Shown here: positions 41,745-54,908 of the stretch, in pieces | Layout of the letters: each line of letters begins with the position of its first letter | How positions within the stretch are numbered: the stretch's first letter is position 1 | Source: Camelus ferus | Lineage: Eukaryota | Assembly: GCF_009834535.1 (NCBI RefSeq) | Contig: NC_045696.1 | Location: 83,206,001-83,270,000 of the forward strand | Reading direction: 5' to 3' | DNA length: 64,000 nucleotides | Notes under the pieces: generated by a model | What the model saw: the letters and a program-made list of their open reading frames with translations, nothing else | What the model was told of the DNA's origin: nothing | Databases searched by the model: none | Made by a program: the position numbers and the translations under genes

Positions 41745-43052
41745 GCATGAGTCAGCTTTTGTTGCAGTAAAAAAACAAACAAACAAACAAACAAAAAAAC
41801 AAAACCTCAGGGGTGCATAACCATCAATACCCTTTCTTCTCTTAGTAGTCTACAGGTTGGCTGTGGCTGCACCCAGCTCTGTACCTCATCCTGGGACCCA
41901 GATGAAAGAGAAGCCTCTGTCTGGGACTTGCTTTCTTCACAGCAGAGGGCAGAGAGGCAAGAGACTGGGCCGAACCACACGTTCATATTTAAAACCCTGC
42001 TTAGAACTGCATTGTATCACTTCCACATGAACGCTATCGGCCCCAGCAAGTCCCATGACCAAGTTGGCAAAGGATATGGGAAGTGACCTTGTCCTCAGGG
42101 GAGTACCCAAGTACACATGGCAAAGAACACGTGTTTATAATTCCCGTATGCGGGGATGGTTGCAGTGATGAGCGTAATTGGGATTTTTGCCGATTGTTGA
42201 TTTATTGCTTCCCAGCTCCAAATTCACTTTTTTGCCCTCTCTGAAAATGGATCTGGGCCTTTTAAGCAATGTTCCTTTCTTAGCAGACACGATGTTAAGC
42301 CTTGCTCGTGGAGGGCACTGGGGAGACACACTAAAGGAAGGTGTTCCCCTTTCTGGCTGCAGCACCCTCTCTAGGCAGGTTCCTGATGCAGCTCCTTGAG
42401 TGCCTGGCTCCCTTAGCACAGAAATCTTCACCAGCATCTGGCTCTTGCAGGGTGCCGGCTCTCCTACTGCCCCGATTTTAAGGCAGGCTATTTGTCCAGC
42501 ATCACACTTCTGCAGCCTGGGCGGCTTCTCCAGCACTAGGATGCTGCCTTTGTGCACAGCTCCTCCGGTGCAGGTGGCTTCCTCAGCTCCCGGCTCCTGC
42601 AGTGACCGACGGTCAGCAGCACCAACAGCCAGCAGCTTCCCTCGAAGAGACAACTCTCCGTGAACAGTCTTGTCCAGCACCCTAGGGAGCTGACTTCAGG
42701 CAAGTTCCAGAAGTCACATTTCCAGCAAGTTCTGCAGGAGTGGCCCCACAGTGGCCTCTCTGCCATCCAGTGAGCCATGACCACACCCTTTCCAACAATG
42801 TCTGGGTCTCAGTCCTGGGGAGTTTCTTCCTTGGGTGCTCCAGTTTTCAGCCCTGGGGTAGTAGTTGTAATCCTATGTTCTTTCAAGTTTTCTATTATTT
42901 TTTACTGGCCAATTCCTCTTTACTCCAACCTCCTGTTATGATTAACAATTTCTTGTATTAAACTTCCCATGTTCAAATTACTGTATGTTTCTGTCTCTTC
43001 TACATGGACCCTGGCTGATACCGATACAGGAACCAGATAATAATCTATCACA
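41745..43052 (-). mobile_element. Old MLT1-like LTR interrupted by another LTR
   Basis: gagtcagctttt...gttgcagtaa start; aattggga resumes as accagataataatctatcaca after the insert. Confidence 0.55.
42189..43022 (+). mobile_element. ERVL-type solo LTR (LTR41/LTR33-like)
   Basis: cccagctccaaattcac...agagggcactgg...attaaacttcccatgttcaaattactg...ggaccctggctgata; explains the GC-rich spurious ORFs. Confidence 0.7.
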
Positions 43053-45999
43053 GAATTCTAACAAATGGAATTAGATGATACTTAGATAAATTAGCCTATT
43101 CGCTGGCACACAGAACTGGAATTCTCCAAGTTTGTTGTTTAAGGCTCCGTTTCTCCTGGGTATGCTTGGATGAGCTATCTTCTTTCTTCATTTTTATGCC
43201 TAACCACCCTTGACTGACAAACTCTCTTTCAAGCTCTGTGGGTAACTTAAGGTGGCGGCTGGCATTTCCAGTTTCTCTGAGAACAGAGTTAAATCTGTTT
43301 ACTCTTACTCTAACTGATTTTGTGTTGACTTTCAAGACATCCAGTTGTCTTTAGCTCTCCAAATTCTGGAGTTTGGCCTCACTGGAACCCTTACTTACGC
43401 CAATATTATAAACACATTCGAAATAACTCATGAAAAGTGACTTTTTAAAAGGTTACCATCCCCTTAAAGCTATAACTGTTACTTTTCATTTCTGATATGC
43501 TTCTTAACTTATGATAAATATTAACTGAACTATGTGAGTGTGTTTCAAGTATGCCCAGAAAACAGGACAAAATTTTTTTATTAATTCTTGTGTTAAAATA
43601 AGAATCATATGTCCCTATATAGTTTAAAATTTCCTGATATTCAGCACAGAAAATGTAAACCATTTTATTGGACAAAAAGGAACTTACATTTTTATTAACA
43701 TATATGTATAATTTACAGAGACAGCAGCTACTTCTCTCAAGTTAAAACTGAGCAATTCAAAGAATTATTTGAGGAAATAAAATACAGTGCTTTATTTTCT
43801 TATCTAATATTTCCTCTAGACTGACTACTGATAAAAATAATTGATGACAATAAGTTCAACATGGATATGCTGAATATAAGGTGGGTGTCTGCTGTGCTGG
43901 AGCTGTGGGAATCCAAGAGAACTTTTTTTTTTCCTTTAGAGACACAGAAACAAGACCTATATGGAAAGTGATGTTATCTTAAAGCTATGCTTAGAAGGCA
44001 GGTGGGATCCATGGCTTATATCCACTAAAGTTTAATTGCTGCTTATGGTTTACTCTTTTCCATCCTCTAATTTGATACGATCTCACATCTTATCAGATAT
44101 CTTAGGTTCTCGGTGTAGCCCGAGGGCTAATAAAGAGAAGTTGGGGCGTTCAGGGAAGAAGTCTTTACGCTGTCATCAGCCTCTAGAAATCACGTCCTGG
44201 CCTCTTTCACAGAATTCCAGCTTTTGGATTACATTGAAATTTGTAGGTTTATGCTTTCTGAGTTATGGAATTTACAACCCAGAAGATGCTTTGAGATTTC
44301 TCAACCCAAATGTCTTGTTTTACAGATGAGAAAATTGAGGCCCAGGGAAGGGAAGGGATATATTCTGAGTTTTTAGTGGTTATCGAAGTGGTTTCCTGAT
44401 GTCCACATTAGTGATTTTCATACTCATGTGAGCCACAAGGGCGAATCTTTACTGATATTGGAGAGTAGCACTTTGCAAAATGAATGGAGGCTGAAACAGC
44501 TATAACTGCAGAAAAAATGCTGGCCACAGGACTATCTGCACGTTGTGCACTGACAATGCACAGCTCTCAGAGACTTATAAATCTACCTAATTTAAGAACT
44601 ATCACCCATAATTTTCATACTCCTCTTGATATAAATAAAGGTATATAATTAACACCCTAAGATTCTGCCTGTGTTTTTGTGTTTTAGGCAAAAGTTTTTT
44701 TTTTTTTAAGCTAACATTCTTTTTTGTTTGCTAACTTGTTTGTATATGAAGAGTTTTTTGTTTTTTTTTAATGTTGTTGCTCACTTGTGGCAAACCATCT
44801 GGCAGTTCCATTTTCCACTGACATCCAACAAAAGGAAAACAGTAAGTAGAACAACAGGAACCAAAGTGAAGGCAGGTCACCTCTTCAAAAAGAGAACGTA
44901 CATACAACCAGACTTGAGCAGTGCTCAGTAGTGTGCCCAACAACATAATTGATAACATTCAGGGGAAGTTTTCATCTTTAATCTTACCTCTCATTAATTT
45001 GAAATTGACTTAACTTATGTTTAATGAAGAAAAATAGGAATCAGCATTAAAACAGCCTAGGCCCATAATGAAGACAATGAGCAGGCTCTGCCGGATGGCA
45101 ATATCAAAGCCTATGGCAGGTCACACACAGAAATCAAGGACAGAATTTCAAGTGAGAAATGAAAAAGAAAAGGGTTGGATGTTCTTATAATGGTAGACAT
45201 TTTTATACAGATAGTCTAATACATCTGGTTGGAATGTCATGGTTCTGTTCAGTACTTTTTCTATCATATTGCATGTGGCATGTCTGCTATTTATACTTTA
45301 TTCCATACTATTTATCACCTTATTTACAAAGACTTTGGCATTTCCCTTCTTCCTTGGGTCCAGTATGTCATCAGAGCTTACTGGTTCCTGTTTCTTTATG
45401 CATCTTATGAATGTCAAGAGCTGGGCCATTTCAATGGTCTCCCTAACATTTCTATATCTTTTTGTCTTTCAGCATCATTCTCCATATCATGGCCAGAACA
45501 ACATTTAGAAATCACAGTTTCATCCTATTATTTCTCTGTTCAAATATCTCCCATTGAAAACCATACCCCTTCCCATGTACTTACAGAATGTACTTCTTGA
45601 ATTGAAGCCATCTGCTGTCTAGCCCAAACAAATCATTCACAAGTTCCCTGAATATACTCTTTGCCTCATCCAATAGTTCTTCTATATCCACAACATAGAA
45701 TTAAGTGATTTCTCAAAATGCATTCTACAAAATACTACATCCTTGAGATGTAACTATTTCACTTTCAAAGATTTCCAAATAAGCTTTCTAACATGTTTGG
45801 GAAAGTGGGTTAAACAAAATTAAATGGTTCTTCTTTTGCCTAGGTTTCTTTAAGAGAGCTTTGTATGCAGTGTTCCCCAAAATTATTTAACCATGGAACT
45901 CTTCTCATGAAGCCAATTGCCTAATATATATCTATCTATATGCATACCCACATAAGTAGTTATATTTCTAAATCTTATTTATTTCTTTAAATTAAAAGC

Positions 46000-47825
46000 T
46001 CCCAAAATATATACACAGAGTTACCCAGTGATCCCATTCCTAGGTATATACTCAAGATAAGTGAAAATATGTACACAAAAACTTGCCCATGAATGTTGAC
46101 AGCAGCATTATTCATAATAGCCCAAAGGTGGAGACAACCCAAAAATGTCCATCAGTTGACAAATGGATAAACAAATGTGGTATACCCATAAAATGGAAGA
46201 TTATTCAGCCTTAAAAAAGAAGAAAATTCTGACACATATTATAATATGGATGAATCTTAAAGACATTACACTAAATGAAAGAAGCCAGTCATCAAAAAAA
46301 TATATTGTATGATTCCATTCATATAAATGTCCAAAATAGGGAAATCTATAGAGCCAAAGAGTAGATTTGTGGTTGCTTAGGTATAGAGAGGAACAGGGGG
46401 AGATAAGGAGATGATACTAAAGGGGACAGGTTTTCTTTTTGATGTGATAAAAATGTTCTAAAATCAACTGTGGTAATGATTGTATATTTTTGTGAATGCA
46501 TTAAAAAATCATTGTGCTTAATTAGATCCCATTTGTTTATTTTTGCTCTTGTTTCCTTTGCTTTAAGAGACAAATTTTTAAAAATATTGCTGTGATTTAT
46601 GTCAAAGAGTGCTCTGCCTATGTTTACCTCTAGAAGTTTTATAGTATCCAGTCTTACATTTAGGTCCTTAACCCACTTTGAGTTTCTTTTTGTATATGGT
46701 GTTAGAGAATGTTCTAATTTCATTCTTTTACAAGTAGCTGTCCAAAGGAAACCATCAACAAAGCAAAAAGACAGCCTACTGAGTGGGAGAAAATATTTAC
46801 CAGTAAGGGGTTAATATCCAACATATATAAACAGCTCATACAACTCAACAACAAAAAAACAAACAACTTGATTAAAAAATGGACAGAAGAACTGAATAGA
46901 TATTTTCCCCAAGAGGAAACGCAAGTGGTCAACAAGTGTATGAAAAGATGCTCAATATCGCAAATCACAAGGAAAATGAAAATTAAAACCACAATGAAAC
47001 ATCACCTCACACCTGTCAGAATGACTATTATCAAAAAGAACACAAATATCAAATGTTGGCGAGGATGTGAAGAAAGGGGAACCCTTATACACTGTTGGTA
47101 GAAGTGTAAATTGGTGCAGCCCCTGTGGAAAACAGCATGAGGGTTTCTCAAAAAAACTAAAAGTACAAGTCAGATATGACCCAGTAATTCTACCCCTAAT
47201 ATATGTCCAAAAACAAAAACACTAATTTGAAAAGATATATGCACCCCAATGTTCATTGCAGTGCTATTTATAATTGCCAAGGTATGGAAGCAACCTAAGT
47301 GTCCATCGATAGATAAATAGCTAAAAAAGATGTGGTATGTATATAATGGAATACTACTCAGCCATAAAAAGAAGTGAAATTTTGCCATTTGCAGCACCAT
47401 GGATGGACTTGTAGGGCACTGTGCTAAGTGAAATAGTCAGGCAGAGAAAGACAAATACTATATGGTATCCATTTATATGTGGAATCTAAAAAAATATAAC
47501 AAACTAGTGAGTGTAACAAAAAAGAAGCAGATTAACAGATACAGAAAACAAACTAGTGGTTACCAGTGGTGGGAAGGTGGGCAATGTAGGGGTGAGGGAG
47601 GTGGAGATACAAACTACTGGGTGTAAGGTAGGCTCAAGGATGTACTGTACAACACAGGGATTATATGAAATCATGTGTGTGGAACTTTTGAAAATTATAA
47701 AGCACTGTATAATTAAAAAAATCTTTCATTCAGTAAAAAATAAAATAAAAAATAAAAATCTTTGAATGGTACATTTTAAAGGATGAATTGTAGGGTATGT
47801 GAATTACATCTTAATAAAATTGTCT
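46000..47825 (+). mobile_element. Older L1MB-like 3' end split by a younger L1
   Basis: tgtgaatgcattaaaaaatcattg (to 46514) continues as aatggtacattttaaaggatgaattgtagggtatgtgaattacatcttaataaa (from 47765). Confidence 0.85.
46515..47753 (+). mobile_element. 5'-inverted (twin-primed) L1
   Basis: 46515-46744 is antisense ORF2 (MKLEHSLTPYTK..SKWVKDLNVR..INKWDLIK); 46743 onward is sense ORF2 + 3'UTR + A tail; TSD AAAAATCATTG / AAAAATCTTTG. Confidence 0.92.
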
Positions 47826-50800
47826 TTTTTTTAATGTGTTTAAAATGTTGAGAATAGCAGGTTATCACACCATTTTGTAACCCCTTGCTATGGCTTTAAT
47901 TAGCCAGGGCTTAAATAATTATCTGACAAATGAACTGAGAGAAAAAGCTAACAAAAGGCTGTTCAGCTCAGGGTGGTCTACGGTCTATACCCTGGGAGCC
48001 TGTTAGAAATTCAGATTGTCAGGCTGAAAGAGAACTGCATTTTGGCAAGATCTAAGTACATTATAGTTTGAGAAACACTGAACTGTGGTGTCTTCTGACT
48101 GTTGAGAACACTAAGATTTTACATAGCTATTTTGCTTTCTCGTGCCTTAGGGCTCTTAATAGGGATTAAATCAGTTCACTATTAATAAGGACAGCATCTA
48201 ATGAATTACCATTAAACTAATTTTCTCAGCTGCAGTTTTAATATGTTTCCAGTGCTCAGTCAAGCCTCCAAAATGTAATGATTATTTAAAATATAAGGAA
48301 TTATATAAAATAAATAGATAACTCGTTTAGGTCTTTTAGTCCCTTGAACTTTACAGACACCCCATCTTTTCTAATCACTGATTTAAATGCAAAAGCTTAC
48401 AGTTACCTTGCACAAAGATACATAACAAACTATTTTAAACCAGCTTTTTCTCTCATCAGTGAAAAGCAATTTATAACCACTTTTTTTCCCTTAGTATTGT
48501 CAACATTTTTTGATGAATTAGCATGGGTCATTTTGGTCATGCTCAAAAAATATGAAATATACATGAGGCAGAGAAAATACTTTTTTTTTTTCATGACTCC
48601 ACTGGATGGTTTGTGCTATTGCTGGGAATGCTGCAACATTTGAAGTGTCACACATCTGTAGGCTTGTCGGAACTAGAGAAATTTATAACTGAGAAACATG
48701 TACTTAATTACAATATAAAACATATGTAAAAATGCATCCTTTTCAAGGATTATTCTTGTTTCTCTTCCTTCCTGCCCCTGACCTCACACCCACATAGAGG
48801 GAAGCCTGAGGCATCTTGGTTCTGCTGTTCTCCATCCCAACCCAGAAATGGACCCACTGGGACTATAGGACCCAGTGACAAACTCAGACCAACCAGGGCT
48901 GACGTCTTTCCCCATCACAGGTATGCAGCTGGGAGGTGAAGGTCTCCTGTGATGAGAAGCACCTCTTAGCACTGTCAGGTGGTCTGTGATTAGGGAGTTA
49001 TCAAAGGGTTTTAGAGAAATCGAACTGCTTTTCTCAGTCTGCTAGACAGACTGCAAATAACAATTAACTTATGATCAATTACCCTGAGTATTTTGATAAA
49101 AAATCACAGAAGTGTATGCTTTTATACAATGCCAGAGGCCGACCAGACCCCTTGGTAAAAAGAGAGCAATGCTGTATAGAAAAATCCTCAGATATGATTC
49201 TTTTAAATATATCTTTCCTACCTACGGGGAATGGTAAAATATATAAACGCTTATGTTTGTAACAGCATGAAGCACTTGGCATATTGGTAGTATTTACTGT
49301 TCTTAAGGATATACTATCACCAATGAGACACTTGTATAGAAGAGATAAAGAGAAAATACAAAGAAATGTGCATCCTCCCATCTTCTGCTTGGTTTTACTG
49401 GCAATGCATGTGGAATATATCCATCAAGTGTATCCACAATAAATAAAATGAGTGATGTCCTTTTATGTTGATATTAGTTTTATCAAAGAAGTGCAGACTT
49501 GGCTTGTTAACAAATGGAAAACTAGAATGAATAATAAAAACTAAAACTTAATTTGAAATTATGAACTAAGGTACACAGTTTATTTTCAGAAATGAGCAGT
49601 TTTAATTCTATGAGACCCTATATTGAGGAAGTTCTGGTCTTCAGCTAAGGTCACTAAAAATATGGACACATGAAAGCCAATAGCAAAACAATGAGTCAAT
49701 TTTAACTGGCTTATTTCTTGATAAAATATATAATATATCTACGTCTATATAGACATGTACATATATATGTAGGGTACCCCTAAGAATATATATGTATGTA
49801 TGTATGTATATGTGTATATGTATTCAGAGTCCTCCTTAATGATTCCTTATTGAAAGAAAAAAAAAGTCTCCATTATTTAGAAATTGATAGAGAATTTCTT
49901 ATAGCAAGAAAATTAAAAAATCAGTTATCCATTACATTTTTATGATAGTAACAGAAAATAATACGGGTCTTGCAAAGGTAAGAACCAACCCTCTACATTT
50001 CAGAAGTCTCAAAAGATCACTCTTTTGAATGCAGGGTCATACTTATCCTTTGGTAGGCATGATTCCATAATCTAAAAAATATCTAGAGAGAAAACACAAA
50101 TCTGAGAACTTCAGGTAGGGTGCCTCAGTTGGGGAATTTTTCTTGGAAAAAATAAAAGTGGAACAAAAACATCTTTCAAAAAGATCAGCTCATTTTTAAG
50201 AGGACTAAATAGAAAAACGCAAAATAATTGTGAATGAAATGAAAAGGTTTCATTCTTAAGAATAATGAATGTATGTTATGTGCATCCTGGTATACAGTAA
50301 AGTTTAAGGATCATGAGCCACGCTTTGGAAAGAAGGTCTCTTGTGCCCATCACTCACAGACACGCCCATGCAGCCACTGCCCTGATCAGCTGTTCTGTTT
50401 CATTGTCTTTGCAAGTGGCAAGGGCTACTGAGGCAGTAGGTTTACCTGTAGTTAATTTTTGTCCTGGAGTATTACCAACAAGAGGACCCAGCAAGAGATG
50501 TTTTGCTTGTCAGCCATATACTCTGGGGGCCTGTTTTTCTGGTCTCCCTCTTTTGGCACCACCTAAAGAGCTATGCTGCAAATCCGTATGTCTCTAATAA
50601 AACTTGGAAAGTGAGCCAAGCTCAGCTTGGAGAATCTCTATCAGTTATAGTCTCTTCCAGCTTGTCTGACTTCCAAATACACTTTTGACTATAATAAGTA
50701 TTAGCTGAAAGCTCGGGTGTTGAAATGATTACTCTGAATTACTAGGGCAGAAATGATGGGCTTTAGTTAAAAGATTAACTTAAAAAGAGATAAAGTGGAT

Positions 50801-53589
50801 TTCCACTTTCATAGCAGAGTTTCAGATGTGAAGAATATGTTTTCTCTCTAGATGAAAAGACACAGATCCTTAAGGATACACTCAGAGTTTCTACAAAGGA
50901 TCGTCACGGTGTGGAGTGGCAGCTCTGCGGCTCACATCTCAGATGCCTCCAGTGTCAAAGAGGCTTAAGGGAGAGTGACAGCAGGACCGGTGGTGTTAAG
51001 AAGCACCCCAACAGGAGAGTTCTGAAGGAAGTTAAAGAAATGGAAGGAGGGCTGTTCAGTCCGGGACTGAATGATTAGTGTCTGTCCCTGTTCCTTGCAG
51101 TCCGTTTCGATTCCACGGTGGGTTTATCTCTTTCTCTGGTTAATTCCCACCGCACTTGGCCTGTGCCTGCCATATATTTACCTCTGCTATCTTACACTAA
51201 AGCTGTTTGTGTATCCATCTTATCTCCTTTATTGAACTGGAAGCTCCTTGGAGAGAGAAAGATAACTTTACACATATTTTTATCTGCAGCAACATATAGC
51301 ATAGGAGGAAATTAAAAAATGAGGAAAAGAAGGAAAATTTCTTGAGCATGTATTATGCATTAAGCAAAGGCAAGGTGTTAGTATGCGAAAGGCTATGATA
51401 ACAAGTGTGCCTTCCCTGCCTGACTTTTGAATTAATTGAGATTTAATCCCAAGTAGGCAGATGTAGACAAAATATCAGCTTTATTTTTGTTGAAGTTGAA
51501 ATTGGAGAAAAGGATTTCAGGGTTTCTTAAAAATGTATGCAGAATTTGGCCAATGCTGCTACCTGGTCACAGGTGTAGCTGGAAAACCTGTCTTTCCCAC
51601 ATGGGGTCCTGACCTGGCTAAATATACATCACAGAGAGCAGACCAGCAGGCGCATTTCCTGCAGGCATTTGCAGGTCCTAAAGAGGAGACAGGAAGGTGG
51701 GCCGAACTCTACAGTTTCTTTCTCTAAACAATTTCTTTCCCCAAACTTGTTGATGAGGTAATTAGCTCCTCCTCCCCTGGGAAGAAGGGAGAGAGGAAGG
51801 GGGGAAAGAGATGTCAGGATTGTTACCCTAATAAACATCCCTCTTCACGTGGTTATGAAGTAGGGGAAAGGAGGCTTTCCCACCACCGAGATAGTTTCAG
51901 ACATCTCATTTAATCTCTCAGTCTATGTCAGGTTAGAGACTGTTATTCTGGGTTTTACAGATGAAGAAGGGACAGCCCATAGATATTAAGTAAATTACCC
52001 TAAGCCTCACAGTTAGTAAATGTCAGAGTCAATATTCAAACCCAAAGTGTGTGCTCTTTGTTCAGCATGGTCCACAACGTATCGGTCAGACATGTTTGCT
52101 GAGTGGATGGATGGACGGATGGACGGATGAAGAAAAAGAGAACTTTGCATACATTTAAGTGTCAAATATAATAAATCCCAAGAATCTTAAGTGGCTCACG
52201 CTTCTTAAAGATAATGAATTCCATATTATAAATGTGTCTCAGTAAATTCAAAAAAGGTAAGTTTTTCTTAAGTGTATGAGGATAGACTGTGTAAGACTTT
52301 TCTCAAATAGTTCTTCATTTATGTAGCATCCCAACAGTGTTTGTACTTTGTTGAGGAGGGCACAGAAGTGAGCTATAAGTATGGAAAGAACTAGCATAAA
52401 GGAGGATTCTGATTAGTTAAGTCTTTCTGAGCTAAGAAGAAAATAAAATCAAAAAGGCTTAAACTTCAGCAGAAGGCATGTAGATTGCACATAAGAAAGG
52501 CTTTCCTGATAGCAAGGGTTATTAAACTGACTGTGGAAAAGAGCTGCAGGACCTCCCCCCTCGGAGATCTCTAATACGAGGATAAACCACTGGCTGGTTT
52601 TAGACACAGCGCTGCTTGGGGGCAAGGAGCCGACCTGGGTGAATGCTCAAAGCATATAATATAATTACTCATACTTTCATTTAAAATATTACGCAGTAAT
52701 TTCAGTCTAGATGCTTAATGACACTGAAACCCTATGATAGCAGAGCCCATATTTTGCATGACTCCAGCACTCTCAGATTGCCCTACATAGTGCTGGGCAT
52801 TTAGTTAGTAGTTACCCAATAAATATTTACTGACCACATTGATCAGTCAATTGGGAAGAATGGCAATTGGGAAAAGAACTTGATTCACTTCGTAGCTCTC
52901 TAAATAAATTGTCTGGGAACTGGAGGAAATCAGTCAATTTCTTCAGGTCTTAATTTTCCACCTCTGTAGACCATGGCCTCTGTGGGTTGAGGGTCTCTGG
53001 GCCCCTGTAGCACTGTGATGCCACAGTTCTGATTAATGTGCTCTGTTCTCAGTTCATGCTACCTGTCAATCTCATCAAGGGGAAGTAAGAAAGCTTGGTT
53101 CCTAGTGTCACTTTGTCCACCAATCTGCATTTCAAACTTGTTCAAATCATTTAATTTCCATACGATTCCATCTATAGAAGCCTTCATTAGCCCCAAATTC
53201 TATAATTCCATATAGACAACAATGGCTTGCTGAGTTACATTGTTTATTCACGTTATCATTTCTAATGTGTTTCAGGGAAAAACTGGCTAAAAATATTATC
53301 AAATTACTCTTAGATGTTTTAACAGCCAAGTCATTAAACAATATACCTTTATGTTCATTTATTTCTTCCAAATGGAAGACTTTATCCCAACTGTCCAATG
53401 TTCATTACCTTGTAACTTCACTTATTAAAACGTACAGTAATGTTAATTACCATTTCATTTATTTATTTATATTTTTGGTAAACATAATGGAAGCAAGTTT
53501 TATTTATTTTGCTGGACTGGAGAGACTGGAAAAGTCCAGAAAGTTTTCTTGGATGAAGTGAGTTTTAAGCTGGGATTTATGTATTTATT

Positions 53590-53900
53590 TGTTATTATTA
53601 TGTTTTTAAATAGAAGTTTAGTCAATTTACAATGTTGTCTTAGTTTCTGGTGTACAGAATAGTGATTCAGGTATACATTTATATATGTATTTCTTTTCAT
53701 ATTTTTTTCAGTATAAGCTATTGCAAGATATTGAATATAGTTCCCTGTGCTATACAGGAGGACCTTGCTGTTTATCTGTTTTATAGATAGCAGTGTGTAT
53801 CTGCAAATCCCAAGCTCCCAATGTATCCCTCCCCATCCCTTTTATCCCTATGATATCACTCATATGTGGCATCTTTAAAAGGACACAAATGAACGTATTT
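53590..53900 (-). mobile_element. Short L1 3' end with a small inverted 5' piece
   Basis: 53590-53845 is antisense to the 3'UTR of the 30079 L1; 53849-53900 (tatgatatcactcatatgtgg...ggacacaaatgaac) is in sense orientation. Confidence 0.85.
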
Positions 53901-54778
53901 ACCTTTTCATTTAGGAAAAATTCCTTGATTCTATGGCACTACCACGATCAAACAATCACAGCAGCTATGTTGCTGACCAGTAACTGAGACCAGCTGCGTG
54001 GAGAAACCTCAGGAAGCTCAAACTACGCTAACACTGATTTGCCCTCCAGAAGTAAAAATGTGATTTGCCCTTTCAAACGAAACAGACCTGTTATCAGTAA
54101 ATATTTGCACAAAGACTTACAGATAACCAAATGGCATAACTAGTCAGACTTTAAATGACAAAGCCAACAGGACTAAAATTTGTACATAAGAAAATGAATA
54201 AAAGGTGTACTGACCGTAGGCTTGCATGCTTTTATGTCTGAATGGAAGGATATGTATTCATCCACCTATTCATCCATTCAGAAAGCATTTATGGAATTCT
54301 GCTAGGTACTAGACACCTGCGAGGTGGGTATGAAACAGTGGTAAGACATTGCCCTTATCCAGGAGATATTCCCAATCTAAAAGACAGTACAAATGTGTAA
54401 ATAAATATTGTGCCCATGAGAAGTGTCATGTTAGAGGTATATACAACATCAAAGGACAGAGAGTCTGACTAAGGGCCTGGAAATAAGAAACAACAGATTT
54501 AGACTCCCCCATGAGGACCTTAGGTGTTGGAATCAAAGAATACAGAATGGCTATGTGTGAAATATTAAAAGAAAAGGATACAATTATAAAAATGAGCATA
54601 CAACAGAAAGGAACTTAGAGATTTGAGAAAAATGAGACTTCTAAAAATGTGAAGTTAAATTGTTGATATTTGAAACACAGTAAGATTGAGCTTATGTTCT
54701 AAAGAGAGTCAAAGAAAGCAGCATATGAGAGAGAATGAGAGGGTCCAACATAAAGACAATCAGAGTAACAGAAGAAGA

Positions 54779-54908
54779 AGTTTAGGAGTATCCTGGCCTC
54801 TACCACTAGATGCCAACAGCACTTTCTCCACTCAGTTGTGAAAATCAATGTCTTCAGACGTTGCCAAATGTCTCTGGGGGACAAAATCCCTCCAGTTGAG
54901 AACTGCTT
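54779..54908. mobile_element. MER20 hAT-Charlie fragment within old L1 remnants
   Basis: cctggcctctaccactagatgcca...cagacgttgccaaatgtctctgggggacaaaat...gttgagaactgct. Confidence 0.85.

Noticed and set aside
42135..42680. 181-aa ORF, the longest in the track
   Set aside because: Lies within a GC-rich solo LTR, has no recognisable domain, and overlapping ORFs in several frames indicate chance.
46346..46723. 125-aa ORF resembling a protein
   Set aside because: Inverted L1 ORF2 fragment running into antisense older L1; not a gene.
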